DNA of 64,000 nucleotides from Marsupella aquatica. Its lineage: Eukaryota; Plantae; Marchantiophyta. This document shows positions 62,183 through 64,000 of the stretch, in pieces. Positions within the stretch are counted from its first letter, which is position 1. Each line of letters begins with the position of its first letter. The translations under genes and the position numbers were made by a program. The notes below the pieces were generated by a model that saw nothing but the letters and a program-made list of their open reading frames with translations, was not told where the DNA came from and did no database searches. The stretch covers positions 19,851,869-19,915,868 of the forward strand of contig OZ316892.1 in assembly GCA_973895155.1 (NCBI GenBank), read 5' to 3'.

Positions 62183-64000
62183 TGTGGTGCGTCCCATGGC
62201 TCCCTAAACCCAAGGAACCCCCCAGCTCAAGCCGATTCCCGCAGGTTTCGCGCTTGGCGAGGCCGTTTCCGCGGCTTAGCGGCATGGGACGCTGCTAACC
62301 TTCTTCTACTACTACTATTAACATTTTACACACATATACTGGACAGATCCTTCATCGGGTCATGAGATACGTAGCCGGCCTAATCTAGGCCTTCCCTTGT
62401 CTTCCCCTCCGTCTTGTTAGGTATGTTTGGATTCCACCGCCGGAATGATCCCCTATAGGCTTGGTTAAGCCGCTAAGACCTCTCTCAGCTCGACACATCC
62501 AACTCTCACTCCCCTGCTTACTTTCCTTCCTCTATTAGTTGATGTGGGCACTCTTCACACAAGTTAATGCGACACACAAATAGCAAAATGACTCCTTCTG
62601 ACTGAGTCATACCATGCACTTGCCATACAAACAGTACATCTCATACACAAGCTCTACGAACTAAGCCGTGAGGCCAACTCTATTCAGCTCTTAGGCATGA
62701 GGAAACATGAATATACACAAGGGTCACTGTATGACTAACCGAGAGCTTCTCTTACTACTTGATCCCAGCCCAGCTGGTGCAAACTAAAAACTTGCTAAAG
62801 AAGAGGCCCTGAGCTCCCCGCTGCCCAGGTACTTATCCTGGTAGTGGATCCGCCTAATTCTTTGCAGTGTAAGCCTAATCTACCTAACAGTAATCTACCT
62901 GCCTGGATCTACCTATGTACAGCAAGGCAGGAGCACAAGTGTTGCTCCTACCAGTGGAACCGCAATCCCACTAAGCTAAGTGTCAGGGCCGCTCCTGGTC
63001 CTGATCCTAATCTTAAACTTGGAGATCAGCGCCCGCCCTGCCCACTCACGCCTCTTACCTCCACGTCCGCCCTTCCTAAAAGGAACGATGCCCTTGCACC
63101 GTCACGACACCGGTGGTGGATCCTCAATGGACGCCCCCAACGCTTCCTCCTCAGCCACTGCCATAGGTCCGTCCTCTGACAGATTACCTACCTCTGACCG
63201 AGTCAACTTTTCATCGGCCTGACTGGGCCCACCCTCGGCTTCGGCATCGGCTCGGGAATCATTCTCGGCTACGGCCTCAGCCTCGGCTATGGTCTCCCCG
63301 GCCTGCTCAAGAGGCGGATCTGGGATACCGGCCTCATTACTAAGTAGTTCGGCTTGGGCCGCGCCATCCCCACCTTTGGTGATAGCGGGATCTATTGCCG
63401 TGTTCATGCCGGAGGTTGGTGCCGGGTTGAGTACGGCTTGAGGGGTCGAATAACCTCCGGACCCCGAAGGTTTCCGCTTCTTCTTCTTCACTATCTCCAC
63501 AGTCGGTTCCTTCCCTTTGCCGCCAACGTCCGGCACCGGGCTGTGTGTCACGGCTGGTCCTTCGGCAATTACCACCCCTGGTAACTGGTTTGCCCCAACG
63601 GGAGATGGACCTGATGCAGCTAAGCATTTAAATACTGCGGCTTGTTTCTTCAGCCGCTCAGTTTGGTTGTCGGCCCATCGCTATAGGTTCTCCATCTTCC
63701 TCGTGTTTTCCTCCAACTCCTCCTGGGTCTCATCCAGGTCCTTACGTGCCTCCTCCAGCTCATTTTTGGCTTCCTCCAATTCCCTGTGGGCTTCCTCCAA
63801 TTCCTTCTTGGTGGTAGCCCTCTCCTCCTGGGTTGCTCTTAGCTCCTTGTCGAGCTCCGCTATGACCTCAGACTCCATGTTATTCATCTTGGCATAAGTC
63901 TGGTCGAGCTGGGCGTCCTTCTCCCGCAGGTCGGCCTTGAAGCTGGCCGTCAGGGACGCAAGCTCCTGCTGTAGCGCAATAATCCCTTGATAGGATTTCC
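62183..64000 (-). mobile_element. Second, inverted copy of the 51850-56557 element (partial)
   Basis: Reverse complement of about 54715-56557, including the coiled-coil ORF ending ...GASIEDPPPVS; terminus TGTGGTGC at 62183. Confidence 0.9.

Overview
Eukaryotic, intron-containing, transposon-saturated land-plant DNA (probably a non-seed plant, which is an inference); no intact host gene was recognised. From left to right: (1) a Bianca-type Copia element (1-3738, minus) inserted in an intron of (2) a Sola2-type DNA transposon that carries a multidomain cargo gene (PMD-like, RING, RPA-like) and AGGACT..AGTCCT palindrome arrays. (3) A 13.8-kb Mutator-like element (12677-26461, 8-bp TSD) encodes a GCM-MULE-SWIM transposase and, divergently, a ParB-like plus beta-class N4/N6 DNA-methyltransferase-like gene. 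It has 16 dispersed non-coding AGCGCCNGGCGCT palindromes and a nested solo LTR. (4) A Plavaka-type transposase. (5) A young full-length Athila-like Ty3/Gypsy element (32725-42774) with a TGA-CAA-TCA readthrough-type stop between protease and RT. (6) Captured fragments of RID3, CPSF73 and casein kinase 1. (7) Two inverted copies of a 4.7-kb TG...CA element that is almost entirely one long ORF. (8) An unknown multi-exon gene, a MITE and a Tnp1/En-Spm-like remnant. The best candidate for an undescribed system is the MULE combining a ParB-methyltransferase cargo with its own palindromic sites. All domain calls come from motif recognition by eye, not database searches.
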